A stretch of DNA of 64,000 bases from an uncultured Pseudomonadota bacterium (GCA_963843375.1 CAWJKT010000010.1:128001-192000), one strand, 5' to 3'. Positions 50,601 through 60,348 are shown, numbered from the stretch's first letter. The notes: generated from the sequence alone by a model not told the origin. Translations and numbers: made by a program.

Positions 50601-50911
50601 AAGTAACTTAGGCCTCCTGAACACTGAATTGCGCTATCCCATCGCCACAAACATGAATTTCATACCGCAGCCTCTTTCCTTTTTCTTGATCAAAGACATT
50701 GAATTGGCCGCTTTCATGGATGCGGGTATCGTGTCCAACCAATTACAAGATTTTTCAGATTCCCAAGTTTTAAGCAGTATCGGAACCGGCATCCGTTTTT
50801 ATACTTTTCTTTATCAAAGGGCTTTGGTTATGTTCCGATTTCGATGTTGCCTGGCGATTGGACCAATCTCTTCCGCCCACATTTCATTTTAACTTAGCCC
50901 CAATGTTTTAA
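47682..50911 (+). CDS. Peptidase MA-like + PD40 propeller + FN3 + Omp85/BamA barrel protein, broken by multiple frameshifts
   Basis: FGPNKVRY, HHELTH..WMMEGMAEW, WSPDG repeats, YKIYRS..YYVTAVN, IRGY, ELRYP, GTGIRF, C-terminal Phe; at least 7 frame changes. Confidence 0.75.
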
Positions 50912-51035
50912 GTTAAACCGGGCGTATTTCCCATTTTGCGTTTGGGGAAGATGGTAAAAAGCAGTTGGTGACTCCCAAGGGAGCCGTTATAATGAGGCGC
51001 TTCAAAACGATCTTAATCCTTTAAGGAGCCGGTTT

Positions 51036-51699
51036 TTGAAAAAACTCATTATCTTCTTCACTTTTTTTGATTCTTTTGTTAACCAGCTCAATAATTGCTA
51101 AGCCCGCTCCAGATTATTTCATTTACAAATTATGAATCAACCGATTTGGACTTTTTAAGGTCCCATTACACCGAGATAAACAACGGTCGGCTTATACAAA
51201 TTACCGGTTATTTCTCCTCCTACAAATGGTTGTCTCCTTACGCTTACCAGGAACGCTTAAGTGCAATCGGCGACAATGTTAGGGATTACAATCTTTTGCA
51301 GTTTACGATCGAAGAAAAGGATAACTTCCATTATTCATTCCCGATTCTTTTGATCCACACAAGCGTCGGAGATCTTCACGAATTGGAACAATTGAAAAAA
51401 GGAACAAAAATCGTGGTTTATGGAAAGTTTTATAATTTGAAAAATCAGAATACGCCATTGAAACCGACGTTATTGAAATGGCCAATGTTATGACCCGAGT
51501 TAATATTGAAGGAACACCTTCTTTTGAAAATGGCGGTCACGATACGGAAGTCCTGTTGGATGCGCGAGTTTCGCCAACCGCAACTGTTACGCCTACTGTT
51601 ACACCGACTCCCGCGCCCAGTTTGTGGCAAAAAATTAATAATGTTATCAATCCCAAGGAAACCATTACCCCAACTGGAACGGTAACTCCAGGAACCTGA
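51036..51699 (+). CDS. Hypothetical exported protein with TPT tail, frameshifted
   Basis: AAGGAG RBS, TTG start; fragments 51095-51493 and 51478-51699 appear to join. Confidence 0.45.
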
Positions 51700-51724
51700 T
51701 CCCATCCAAAACACCAGGTTTTAA

Positions 51725-52684
51725 TTGATAAAACGTGTCTTAATCACCAACCGAATTCCATCATCAGCTTTTAAGAATCTTTCGCGACATTACAAGGTCA
51801 CTTGGAATAAACAACAATTAACCGAAGTACAGTTAACCCTAAAAGTAAAACCCTTCCACGCCCTTTTAACCACATTGGCCGATCCCATATCTAATAAAGT
51901 TCTTCAAGCCGCAACCAAATTGAAATGCGTGGCTAATTACGCTGTCGGTTACAACAATATCGATATCGAATCCGCGAAAAAACGTGGCATCTGGGTTACT
52001 AATACACCCGATGTTTTAACCGAAGCCACCGCCGATATCGCCTGGGCATTGCTTCTTTCCTGCGCAAGGCGGATCCCGGAAGGCGAAAGACTTGTTCGAG
52101 CCGGAAAGTTCAAGGGTTGGCAACCCTTGTTTCTTTTGGGGTTGGATTTAAAAGGTAAAACCTTAGGTATATTTGGTTTTGGCCGAATTGGTCAAGCCAT
52201 CGCAAGGCGGGGAAGGGGATGGGATATGCAAATTCTTTACCACCAGCGGCATCGGCTTTCCAAAGCCATCGAACGACGATTAAATGTCAAGTTTGTTTCG
52301 TTTGAGAAGCTTTTAAAGCGTTCCGACTTCTTAAGCGTCAACGCCCCCCTGACTCCCCAAACCCGCCACCGATTCACACTAAAGGAATTTAAAAAAATGA
52401 GGCGGACTGCCATTTTCATCAATTCAGCTCGTGGTCCTATTCATAATGAAAAAGACCTAGCCCAATCCCTTAAAGAGGGAATTATTCATTCGGCCGGGTT
52501 AGATGTCTATGAATTTGAGCCTATGGTCCATTCCAGGCTACTTCGGCTTGATAATTGCACACTTTTACCCCATTTGGGGAGCGGAACGGTTGAAACCCGT
52601 AACCAGATGGCACTTTTGGCAGCCGAAAATATCAATTTGGTTTTATCGGGGCACAAACCCAAGACACCCGTTTTCGCTTTGTAA
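51725..52684 (+). CDS. D-2-hydroxyacid (glyoxylate/glycerate) dehydrogenase
   Basis: AVGYNNID, NTPDVL, GFGRIG, NSARG, LDVYEFEP, PHLGS. Confidence 0.92.
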   Translation: MIKRVLITNRIPSSAFKNLSRHYKVTWNKQQLTEVQLTLKVKPFHALLTTLADPISNKVLQAATKLKCVANYAVGYNNIDIESAKKRGIWVTNTPDVLTEATADIAWALLLSCARRIPEGERLVRAGKFKGWQPLFLLGLDLKGKTLGIFGFGRIGQAIARRGRGWDMQILYHQRHRLSKAIERRLNVKFVSFEKLLKRSDFLSVNAPLTPQTRHRFTLKEFKKMRRTAIFINSARGPIHNEKDLAQSLKEGIIHSAGLDVYEFEPMVHSRLLRLDNCTLLPHLGSGTVETRNQMALLAAENINLVLSGHKPKTPVFAL

Positions 52685-52754
52685 AATAATAAACTTTAAA
52701 TGCTAATGTAAAACTTTAAGATTGACCCGTTAATTAATGATTTAAAAGGCAACT

Positions 52755-53531
52755 ATGGCGGTCCCACATATCAATTCCAGCACACTCGGATCAGGCAAAC
52801 CCGTTGTTCTCTTGCATGCATTTCCCCTTTCCCACCATATCTGGTCAGATCTTAAACCTCCACCAGGTTTTCAGTTGGTTTTGCCCGACTTTCCCGGTTT
52901 TGGTAATTCGCCTTTAACTCCTCCGGGTCTTTCAATGACCGAAATAGCCCAAAGTCTTGAAAATCATTTGATTGCAAAAGGAATTACAGGGCGGATTATT
53001 CTCTCGGGGATTTCAATGGGTGGTTATTGGGCCATGGAATTTATCCGCCAATTCCCGGAACGGGTCGCCAGGGTTTTGCTGATATCAACCCGTCCCGGAT
53101 TGGATAAACCGGAGGCTAAACAAAATCGTCTTAAAATGGCCGAAAGGGTTGAAAAAGAAGGTATTGATTTCTTGTCACCGGCCATGATCCCGGGGCTTTT
53201 GGGGAAAACAACCTTGGTAGATAGACCTGGCGTTGTAGCCCAATTAACTGGTTGGATCCAAAAAACCAATCCGGCCGCAGTCGCCTTGGCTCAAAGAGTC
53301 ATGGCAGAACGCCGGGACCAAACCGACCTCATGCCAAGGTTCAAAACCAAGACCTGGGTAGTGGCAGGGTTGGAAGATGCCTTAATCCCATCCAGTGAAG
53401 CCGAAGCCATGTCTAGTGCCATACCGGCCAGTGAACTTCGGTTGCTTGATGGAGTGGGCCACTTAGTTCCTATCGAGGATCCAGTCCGGTTCCAAAAAAT
53501 CTTCGAGGAATTTCTTTCCGAACACACATGA
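52755..53531 (+). CDS. Alpha/beta hydrolase
   Basis: LLHAFP, DFPGFG, GISMGG, GH. Confidence 0.9.
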   Translation: MAVPHINSSTLGSGKPVVLLHAFPLSHHIWSDLKPPPGFQLVLPDFPGFGNSPLTPPGLSMTEIAQSLENHLIAKGITGRIILSGISMGGYWAMEFIRQFPERVARVLLISTRPGLDKPEAKQNRLKMAERVEKEGIDFLSPAMIPGLLGKTTLVDRPGVVAQLTGWIQKTNPAAVALAQRVMAERRDQTDLMPRFKTKTWVVAGLEDALIPSSEAEAMSSAIPASELRLLDGVGHLVPIEDPVRFQKIFEEFLSEHT

Positions 53532-53579
53532 AGAATCTGGTTTTGTGTAAGTTCTTCTTGCGTTGCCATAATTGTCTAA

Positions 53580-54218
53580 TTAAAGCGCACTGAGTTCTTG
53601 AGTATAAATCCAAGTGACCGGCAAGCTAGCAACGGGAACCACCAACGCAATTACAGAATATTGAGTTACCACGATTTCGGGTGTGGGAGTAACTCCAGGG
53701 AACGATGGGCCCACAATAGGATTATTATAAGTTTCCAATAAACATGAAACAGACATTTCGGTGGAGGTCCAGCATACACTTTGTGGAATGGTTCCAAAAC
53801 CAGGATTACCCGGGATTGGTTCGGAAAAGGTATAGGCCTGTACATTTATCAAAATCATTTGGGTACTAAAATTGACCGGAGGGGTGGGAGCGGAGGTGGC
53901 TCCATAATAGTTTTGCCAGTCTGAAAGGCTGCGAATGACGTAATCAGTCCCCGGGACAGGGTTTCCAATCGCCAAACCCGCTTCGGAATTGGGAATAGGT
54001 GGAGTCACTGGGGTAGGAATAGTAACAAAGCTGAATCCGCACCCAGGTGTAGAAACGAAGGTAACGGTAGCGGTCGCGGTTGGAGTTGATGTAAGGGTTT
54101 GTGTCGGGGTATTTGTCGGGGGTAAACCCGGAACCGGTGCAACTGGGTATTTCCGATCACAAGCCCAAGAAGCCAGGCCCAAAACTATTAAAAATAAACT
54201 GATAAGAAACTTTTTCAT
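53580..54218 (-). CDS. Lipoprotein with Thr/Pro-rich linker
   Basis: Lipobox-like SWAC; PTNTPTQTLTSTPTATAT; W..Y....PPVNF motif reminiscent of PrcB C-terminal domains. Confidence 0.6.
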   Translation of the reverse strand: MKKFLISLFLIVLGLASWACDRKYPVAPVPGLPPTNTPTQTLTSTPTATATVTFVSTPGCGFSFVTIPTPVTPPIPNSEAGLAIGNPVPGTDYVIRSLSDWQNYYGATSAPTPPVNFSTQMILINVQAYTFSEPIPGNPGFGTIPQSVCWTSTEMSVSCLLETYNNPIVGPSFPGVTPTPEIVVTQYSVIALVVPVASLPVTWIYTQELSAL

Positions 54219-54386
54219 GGACACTTTCTAATTCATATTGCTCAAATTATACCACTATTCAAAATCTTCAACTCGATAGTCCTCTAAAGAAAAAAAACTA
54301 AAGATTTTCGTGCTTTAATGGCGGGCTCAAGCTGTTTTTTGCTCGATTAGCAAAGCTATAAATTTTTGCTTGTTTTTTTTGTTTCT

Positions 54387-54414
54387 ATTTCATATAACTA
54401 TAATTATATGAAAT
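54387..54414. other. dif-like tyrosine recombinase site
   Basis: ATTTCATATAA-CTATAA-TTATATGAAAT: perfect 11-bp arms with 6-bp spacer. Confidence 0.8.
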
Positions 54415-55469
54415 ATAAAACAACTAATGAATCGCATAAACCGTCCGAAAACTTAAATGAGCTTGAACCTTACCAGGGTTTTCTTGCTCTGTGCAAATCC
54501 CATCACACCCATTACAACTATCATCAGGATCTACGGGTTTTAAAGCAATTTTTGGATCAAAGCGACATTTCAAATCCAGTAAAAGTTCAGCCTATCGATT
54601 TGACACGTTTCGTAGGCCAATTAACCAAGCCTGGGTTAACACCCACTGGCAAGGACCGGCCAGCCTTTTCAACCCGTTCCATGAAACGCATCTTAGCCTC
54701 GACTCGATCCTTTTATCGGTATTTAGCCACAACGCAACAAATCCTGTCTGATCCAACAGCCGTCTTTCATAACCTGGCAATCCGCAGCCCTCAACGCAAT
54801 CCCCACCCGTTGCCACTAAATGATCGTATGGCCCTAGTAAAAAGTCTTCAAACGGGCGATTTGGAGGGTCAAAAAATCAGCCTGACCGTCCTGCTAGGCT
54901 TCCATTGTGGTCTGCGAGTTTCGGAAATAACACATATTAAAATCCGGGATTTGGATCTAACTCAAGGACTTGTCACCGTCATAGGCAAAGGCGACAAGGA
55001 ACGTATTGTTCCGATGACGGAGGCCTTACGAGAGCTCCTTAAACTTCACTTGAACCAGATGGAAAAAAAGGGGCCTTATCTTTTTCCAAGTCCAAGAAAC
55101 AATCAAAAGCCTATCCATTTGCGATACCTTGAGTTGTGGGTCAAAAAAGCCGCTCAATGGGCTAATCTAGAGCACTCCAATGAGTTGACCGTCCACGTGT
55201 TGCGACACTCCTTTGGCACCCAATTGGCCGAATCGGGCGCAAGTGTCTATGAAATTCGGGACCTAATGGGCCACTCCAGCATCGTGGTCAGTGAAAATTA
55301 TGTAAAGCTTGCCTCAACAAAGGGCCGGCAGGCCCACCGAAAAGCTTTTGAGGAGGGCTACAAGGTCCATTCTTTGAATATGGGAGCATTATTTGGAATC
55401 GAATCGGTCTTGAAACGCTTCCGTGATATCAAGCGTAAGGCTTTACCGGGAAAACCCCAAAAGTACTAA
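54408..55469 (+). CDS. Xer-type tyrosine recombinase
   Basis: GLRVSE, GKGDKER, HVLRHSF, LMGH..Y catalytic set; N-terminal core-binding region. Confidence 0.92.
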   Translation: MKYKTTNESHKPSENLNELEPYQGFLALCKSHHTHYNYHQDLRVLKQFLDQSDISNPVKVQPIDLTRFVGQLTKPGLTPTGKDRPAFSTRSMKRILASTRSFYRYLATTQQILSDPTAVFHNLAIRSPQRNPHPLPLNDRMALVKSLQTGDLEGQKISLTVLLGFHCGLRVSEITHIKIRDLDLTQGLVTVIGKGDKERIVPMTEALRELLKLHLNQMEKKGPYLFPSPRNNQKPIHLRYLELWVKKAAQWANLEHSNELTVHVLRHSFGTQLAESGASVYEIRDLMGHSSIVVSENYVKLASTKGRQAHRKAFEEGYKVHSLNMGALFGIESVLKRFRDIKRKALPGKPQKY

Positions 55470-55906
55470 AAGTCCTTAAAAAGTCTCGAAATCGAAAACT
55501 AAGTCGTCTTTAAGTTTTTATTTATCAAATTAAATCTACTCTTCAATTAGGATCAATAAGGCCAAAACTGAGAATCCAATTTGGAAGAGCTCAAAACTAG
55601 TCGATTTTACATTTAAACTATGTTTATTTGAACGATTATTAACCAGTACCAATCTTTGTACCTTTCGCTCAAGGGTCTAAGTTCAGTCAAAATTCAGTCC
55701 GTTTAGACCTTCGTTAACCAGAATCAATTTTTCGAAATCAAACCTCGAATGGTAAAAAGAAGGCAAAAATAAGGAAAAGGCGTGATTATCCGTCCCGTAA
55801 TTTGCCAACAACCATTTTTAAATTTACCCACCCGTCCTAATTGGGTAAATTTCCTTTAAAATCCAGCCATTGAAAGATAGCTAAAGTTTTACTTTAAGGC
55901 GGCTTT

Positions 55907-57067
55907 ATGCAATTTTCTTACCGAACACCGCATGATCTTTCATTAAATTCCATTTCGAAAACCCTGGAAACCGTGTCGAATGGTTCCATTTTGGATCTTA
56001 CCCTGTCCAATCCCACCCAGTGCGGGTTTAAATACCCTTCCGATTTACTTCAATCCCTCGCTTCCCCATCCGGCCTGAACTACGAACCAACTCCCTTTGG
56101 TCATATTGGGGCAAGGAAGGCAGTTGCGGAATATATGAAATCAAAGAAAGAAGAAGTTTCACCAGATAACATCCTACTTACCTCCAGCAGCAGCGAGTCC
56201 TATTCCTACCTTTTTAAACTTTTAGCCGATCCAGGTGACTCGTTTTTGGTACCTACTCCTGGTTATCCCCTCCTCGAACACCTTATTCGGTTGGAGGGGG
56301 TAAAACTAATTCCCTATACCCTTAAAAAGGAGCTTCATTGGCCGGTCCATCTAGAAGGCATCGAAACCTCAGCAAGGGCTCGAGTCAAGGGATTGGTGGT
56401 CGTAAATCCCCATAATCCCACCGGAACCTTTTTAAGTGCAAATGACCAAAAAGCGCTTGGAAAACTTTGCCAACAAAGGGAATGGTCATACATTTCCGAT
56501 GAAGTTTTTGGGGATTTTGCCTATCCCGGTGAGGCCATAAGTCCGATAGTCCCTCAAGAGTTTCTATCTTTTCGGCTAGGGGGGCTTTCCAAAAGCCTGG
56601 GACTTCCTCAACTCAAGTTGTCCTGGGTCATTTTGGATGGTCCACGGGATCTCTTAATCGAAGCCAGGGAGCGGCTGGAACTTATTGCCGACACTTATCT
56701 TTCGGTCGGAACGCCGGTTCAACTGGCCCTGAATGAGCTTTTACGGTTTGCCCCAAACTTTCAAAAACAGGTCCTGGAAAGGGTTCTTTCCAATCGCTTC
56801 CAACTCATGAAAACCTTTAAATCCTCACCCCACCTAAAAATTTGGCCTTCACAAGGCGGTTGGTACGCTTTATTGGAAGTGTTGAAACCCGGGGCAAAGG
56901 ATGAGGAACTGGTGATTCAATTGCTAAAAAAAGAGAGGGTATTCATTCAACCTGGCGGCTTTTACGATTTTGAAAACGGTTGTTTCTTGGTGGTGAGCCT
57001 TTTAACCCAAACTGAGGTTTTCAAGGAAGGAATTGGGAGAATCTTTAGTTTTTTTGATAAAAGGTAA
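55907..57067 (+). CDS. PLP-dependent aminotransferase, class I/II
   Basis: NPHNPTG, DEVF, GGLSKSLG. Confidence 0.9.
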   Translation: MQFSYRTPHDLSLNSISKTLETVSNGSILDLTLSNPTQCGFKYPSDLLQSLASPSGLNYEPTPFGHIGARKAVAEYMKSKKEEVSPDNILLTSSSSESYSYLFKLLADPGDSFLVPTPGYPLLEHLIRLEGVKLIPYTLKKELHWPVHLEGIETSARARVKGLVVVNPHNPTGTFLSANDQKALGKLCQQREWSYISDEVFGDFAYPGEAISPIVPQEFLSFRLGGLSKSLGLPQLKLSWVILDGPRDLLIEARERLELIADTYLSVGTPVQLALNELLRFAPNFQKQVLERVLSNRFQLMKTFKSSPHLKIWPSQGGWYALLEVLKPGAKDEELVIQLLKKERVFIQPGGFYDFENGCFLVVSLLTQTEVFKEGIGRIFSFFDKR

Positions 57068-57068
57068 A

Positions 57069-57767
57069 TTAAGATTGAAGATTTTTCAGCCGGCGTTGGG
57101 CTTCTTTGCCCCAATTGGAATCGGGATCGTTTTTGGCAACCAAGTTCAATTCTTCCAGAGCTTTGACTTTGTCGTTACTTTTTAGGTATATATCGGAGAG
57201 ATTCAGTCTTAATTCCGACATGATAAAACTATCTGGATGTTCCTTCAGAAAGGTTTCAGCCAAGGTAACTGCCTGGGGTAATTGATTTTGGGCCTCTAAA
57301 CAAAGGATTTTCCCAAAATAAGCCTCATCTCCCAAGGGGTTATCTCTAAGTTGCTGGCTGGCTGAATCAAAACTGCCGTAGGCCTGCTGAACTTGTCCCA
57401 AATCATATTGGCACTTCGCAACGTAATAACGCGCAATTCTGCTGGTCTTCGTTCCCGAATAATCGGTTAGAATTCTTTGGAATGTTTGTAAAGCGTTTTG
57501 GGTTCTTTCAACCACACTTTTAAAGGGCCCTTTTACGGGATCAACTTCGGAATGAAGATAATACTGCCCGAGGCTTAAAACACCCTGGGCATCCTTTTCA
57601 TTTTGGTCCTGGCTGTGAAAATAATACGGAATCCCGATTCCCAGCAGCAAAAGAACAATGACCGCGATGGCAATAATTTCCTGGTGGGCTTTGGCCCAAT
57701 CCAAGCCTTTTTCAGCAGCCGTCTTTTCTTTAGTAAGAGGATTGAATTTGCCCAATAGAGTCGCCAT
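57069..57767 (-). CDS. Membrane-anchored TPR protein (YfgM-like)
   Basis: One N-terminal TM helix followed by TPR-like helices. Confidence 0.7.
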   Translation of the reverse strand: MATLLGKFNPLTKEKTAAEKGLDWAKAHQEIIAIAVIVLLLLGIGIPYYFHSQDQNEKDAQGVLSLGQYYLHSEVDPVKGPFKSVVERTQNALQTFQRILTDYSGTKTSRIARYYVAKCQYDLGQVQQAYGSFDSASQQLRDNPLGDEAYFGKILCLEAQNQLPQAVTLAETFLKEHPDSFIMSELRLNLSDIYLKSNDKVKALEELNLVAKNDPDSNWGKEAQRRLKNLQS

Positions 57768-57839
57768 GGATGCTGCCTTTTGAAGATGAATTTAAACGGG
57801 CCCATTGCCGATTTGCCACGTTGTTCAGCTAAAAGTGAA

Positions 57840-57859
57840 GCCTTCCCCCAAGGGAAGGC
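57840..57859 (-). terminator. Hairpin downstream of tRNA-Arg
   Basis: GCCTTCCC..GGGAAGGC, followed by TTCACTTTT on the minus strand. Confidence 0.55.
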
Positions 57860-57867
57860 CCCATCGT

Positions 57868-57944
57868 TGGTACCCTCGACGCGAATCGAACGCGTGACCT
57901 ACCCTTTAGGAAAGGGTCGCTCTATCCAACTGAGCTACGAGGGC
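57868..57944 (-). tRNA. tRNA-Arg(CCT)
   Basis: GCCCTCG acceptor stem, ACCCT-TTCCTAA-AGGGT anticodon arm, TTCGA T-loop, encoded CCA. Confidence 0.93.
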
Positions 57945-57985
57945 CTGTTCCTTTGAACCCTCTGGGATCTGGAAACCCGGCAAAA

Positions 57986-58498
57986 TCAGTAGTGGATTAT
58001 AGAGTAGATGGGGATGCTTTTCAATTTTTCGTGGCCGTTCAAGAAGGTCAAATGGATTAGAAAACAAGCCTCAACCACCTGTCCGCCGGCCCTCTCTACC
58101 AACCGGATGGTCGCAGCGGCCGTTCCCCCTGTCGCCAGAACGTCATCTAAAATTAAAATACGGTCGCCTTTGGAAATGGAATCTTCATGAATTTCAAGGG
58201 TATCCTTACCGTATTCCAGTTCATAGGTTTCCTGCAAAGTCTTCCATGGAAGCTTTCCAGGCTTTCGGACAGGTATAAAAGAAACTCCCATCTGAGTCGC
58301 CAAAGCCCCGCCAAGAATGAATCCACGGGATTCCATGGCCACGATTCCTTTGATATTTTGATTTTGATACCGGGAAACAAGTTGTTGAATCACTTCTTGA
58401 AATGCTTTTGGATGGATCAACAATGGGGTAATATCCTTAAAAATAATTCCTTTTTTAGGAAAGTCCGGAACATCGCGAATGAATGACTTGAAATCCAT
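57986..58498 (-). CDS. apt: Adenine phosphoribosyltransferase
   Basis: [40 protein letters not shown]. Confidence 0.96.
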   Translation of the reverse strand: MDFKSFIRDVPDFPKKGIIFKDITPLLIHPKAFQEVIQQLVSRYQNQNIKGIVAMESRGFILGGALATQMGVSFIPVRKPGKLPWKTLQETYELEYGKDTLEIHEDSISKGDRILILDDVLATGGTAAATIRLVERAGGQVVEACFLIHLTFLNGHEKLKSIPIYSIIHY

Positions 58499-58585
58499 GG
58501 GGCATCCTTTAAAACGAATGTTTACCAATATGACTTATTATTTTTTTATTAAAGAGAATAAAAACAGGAACGAATGGTAGGAAGT

Positions 58586-59551
58586 TTACACAAATTCGTT
58601 TAAAAGTTCACGATATTCTGTGCCATTGGATTTCATCAGGGACCTGATTTTTTGAAGGGCCTTTTCCTCGATTTGACGGATTCTTTCGCGTGTAACCCCC
58701 AAGACATGGCCGGCTTGCTCCAGGGTTTTAGGCTGATCTTGATCAAACCCAAACCGCATCAAGATGACTTTTTGTTCCTTGTCGTTCAGGTTAAAGATTA
58801 GACGTTTCAATTTCTCGGTCCGCAATTGATCGAAAACGTTTTGGGCTGGACTGGCAATGGACTTATCCTCGATGAAATCTGAAATGGATTTTGAATTAGC
58901 CTCGTCCCCCACCGGCACCTCAAGGGAGATATCGCGCTGGGCCAGGCGCTGAAGTTTGTGGATCTTCTCGAATTTCAATTTGGTGGCTTTAGATATTTCC
59001 ATTAAATTGGGATCGCGGCCCAGTTTGCGGGTCAAATCCCTCGAAATCCTTTGAACCCGGTTAATGTCCTCGGAAACATGAACCGGAACCCGAACGGTCC
59101 TTGATTGATTCGACAGCGCCCGGGTAACCGCCTGGCGGATCCACCAAGTCGCGTAAGTGCTGAACTTAAACCCACGACGCCACGAAAATTTTTCACTGGC
59201 CTTGATAAGTCCCAAATTTCCTTCTTCGATGAGATCCTGAAAAGCGAGACCTTGGTTCATATATTTTTTGGCTACTTGAATGACTAAGCGAAGATTGGCC
59301 GAGATCAACAATTGTTTTGCCTTCATATCACCTTTTTCAATCCGTTTGGCCAAAACCACTTCTTCCGGACCGGTCAACAATTTGACCCGGGAGATTTCCC
59401 TGAAATAAAGTTTCAGGCTATCGGTCGTGACTCGTTCCTGGGCATGGGTTTCAATCGATAATTTCTTTTTCTTTTCAACTATAGGAATCAGGGGTGCAAT
59501 GATATGGCGGGTAGTTTTGGCTTTCAGTTTTAAACGATTTTTGGTTTTCAT
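58586..59551 (-). CDS. Sigma-70 family factor (RpoD/RpoS-like, lacking region 1.1)
   Basis: ANLRLV, DLIEEGNLGL, FSTYATWWIRQ, TRERIRQIE. Confidence 0.9.
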   Translation of the reverse strand: MKTKNRLKLKAKTTRHIIAPLIPIVEKKKKLSIETHAQERVTTDSLKLYFREISRVKLLTGPEEVVLAKRIEKGDMKAKQLLISANLRLVIQVAKKYMNQGLAFQDLIEEGNLGLIKASEKFSWRRGFKFSTYATWWIRQAVTRALSNQSRTVRVPVHVSEDINRVQRISRDLTRKLGRDPNLMEISKATKLKFEKIHKLQRLAQRDISLEVPVGDEANSKSISDFIEDKSIASPAQNVFDQLRTEKLKRLIFNLNDKEQKVILMRFGFDQDQPKTLEQAGHVLGVTRERIRQIEEKALQKIRSLMKSNGTEYRELLNEFV

Positions 59552-59564
59552 CACAGGATCCCGT

Positions 59565-59840
59565 TTATCCTCGAATTTGAAAGCTTGTGAATTCTTCAGG
59601 TTCTTGAAGCCATTGGAAATTCGTGTTTTCCACCCGGCTACCAATTGGACCTGTCTTTAATCTTTGCATAAACTGTTCCAACGCCGATATTGGCCCAACC
59701 GCCATAATTTCCACGTTTCCATCAGGCAAATTTCTCACCCAACCCGTTAAATTCAGCACCTCTGCCGTGTTTTTCGCGAAATATCGGAATCCAACCCCCT
59801 GAACTCGGCCTTTTATTACTCCGGTGAAAGCGTTAAACAT
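59565..59840 (-). CDS. acyP: Acylphosphatase
   Basis: GRVQGVGFR, GWVRNLPDG.VE. Confidence 0.93.
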   Translation of the reverse strand: MFNAFTGVIKGRVQGVGFRYFAKNTAEVLNLTGWVRNLPDGNVEIMAVGPISALEQFMQRLKTGPIGSRVENTNFQWLQEPEEFTSFQIRG

Positions 59841-60035
59841 GGTCCGCGAATCCTTGAAAATTAAAGGTTAATTGTCAGTTTTCTGGATATTTTGGGTTAT
59901 TTTTTGACTTTTTAAAAAGTTGTGGTATAGGCCCGGAGAAAAGTAACCCCGAGGAAGATAAAAGGGGCCTGTTTGAAGTGGGGACATGATAAAGAGAAAC
60001 TTGCCGTTTGAGACTAAACTTCATCTTTCAAAAAA

Positions 60036-60112
60036 TGGTCGGGGCGGCAGGATTTGAACCTGCGACCTTTTGCACCCCATGCAACTGCGCTACCGAGCTG
60101 CGCCACGCCCCG
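60036..60112 (-). tRNA. tRNA-Pro(GGG)
   Basis: CGGGGCG acceptor stem, TTGC-ATGGGGT-GCAA anticodon arm, encoded CCA. Confidence 0.93.
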
Positions 60113-60184
60113 ATGACCGTTAAATTTGAAAGATTTCCCTTGGAAAAACTGGGTTGATCATAAGACCAAGCCAGAATAGTTTTC

Positions 60185-60260
<76 letters not shown>

Positions 60261-60291
60261 TCCAGAAAACCACAGCTCCAAAGGGAGGGAT

Positions 60292-60320
60292 AATATAGGT
60301 TAAATAAAGGCCCTGTTCAA
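60292..60320 (-). promoter_or_regulatory. Sigma70 promoter for the tRNA-Pro pair
   Basis: Minus strand TTGAAC-17 bp-TATATT. Confidence 0.6.
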
Positions 60321-60348
60321 GAAAAGAAGAGGTTTAAACCCTTTCGTT

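Noticed and set aside
47682..51699. Phase variation or true pseudogenisation of the Omp85 gene and its neighbour
   Set aside because: Many scattered single-base indels with intact motifs, mostly outside long homopolymers, fit low-quality consensus. Reads are needed to confirm.
54408..55469. Recombinase as integron integrase IntI serving the array
   Set aside because: No IntI-specific insertion between the catalytic Lys and HxxR, it lies 38 kb away, and its adjacent site does not resemble the array palindrome.
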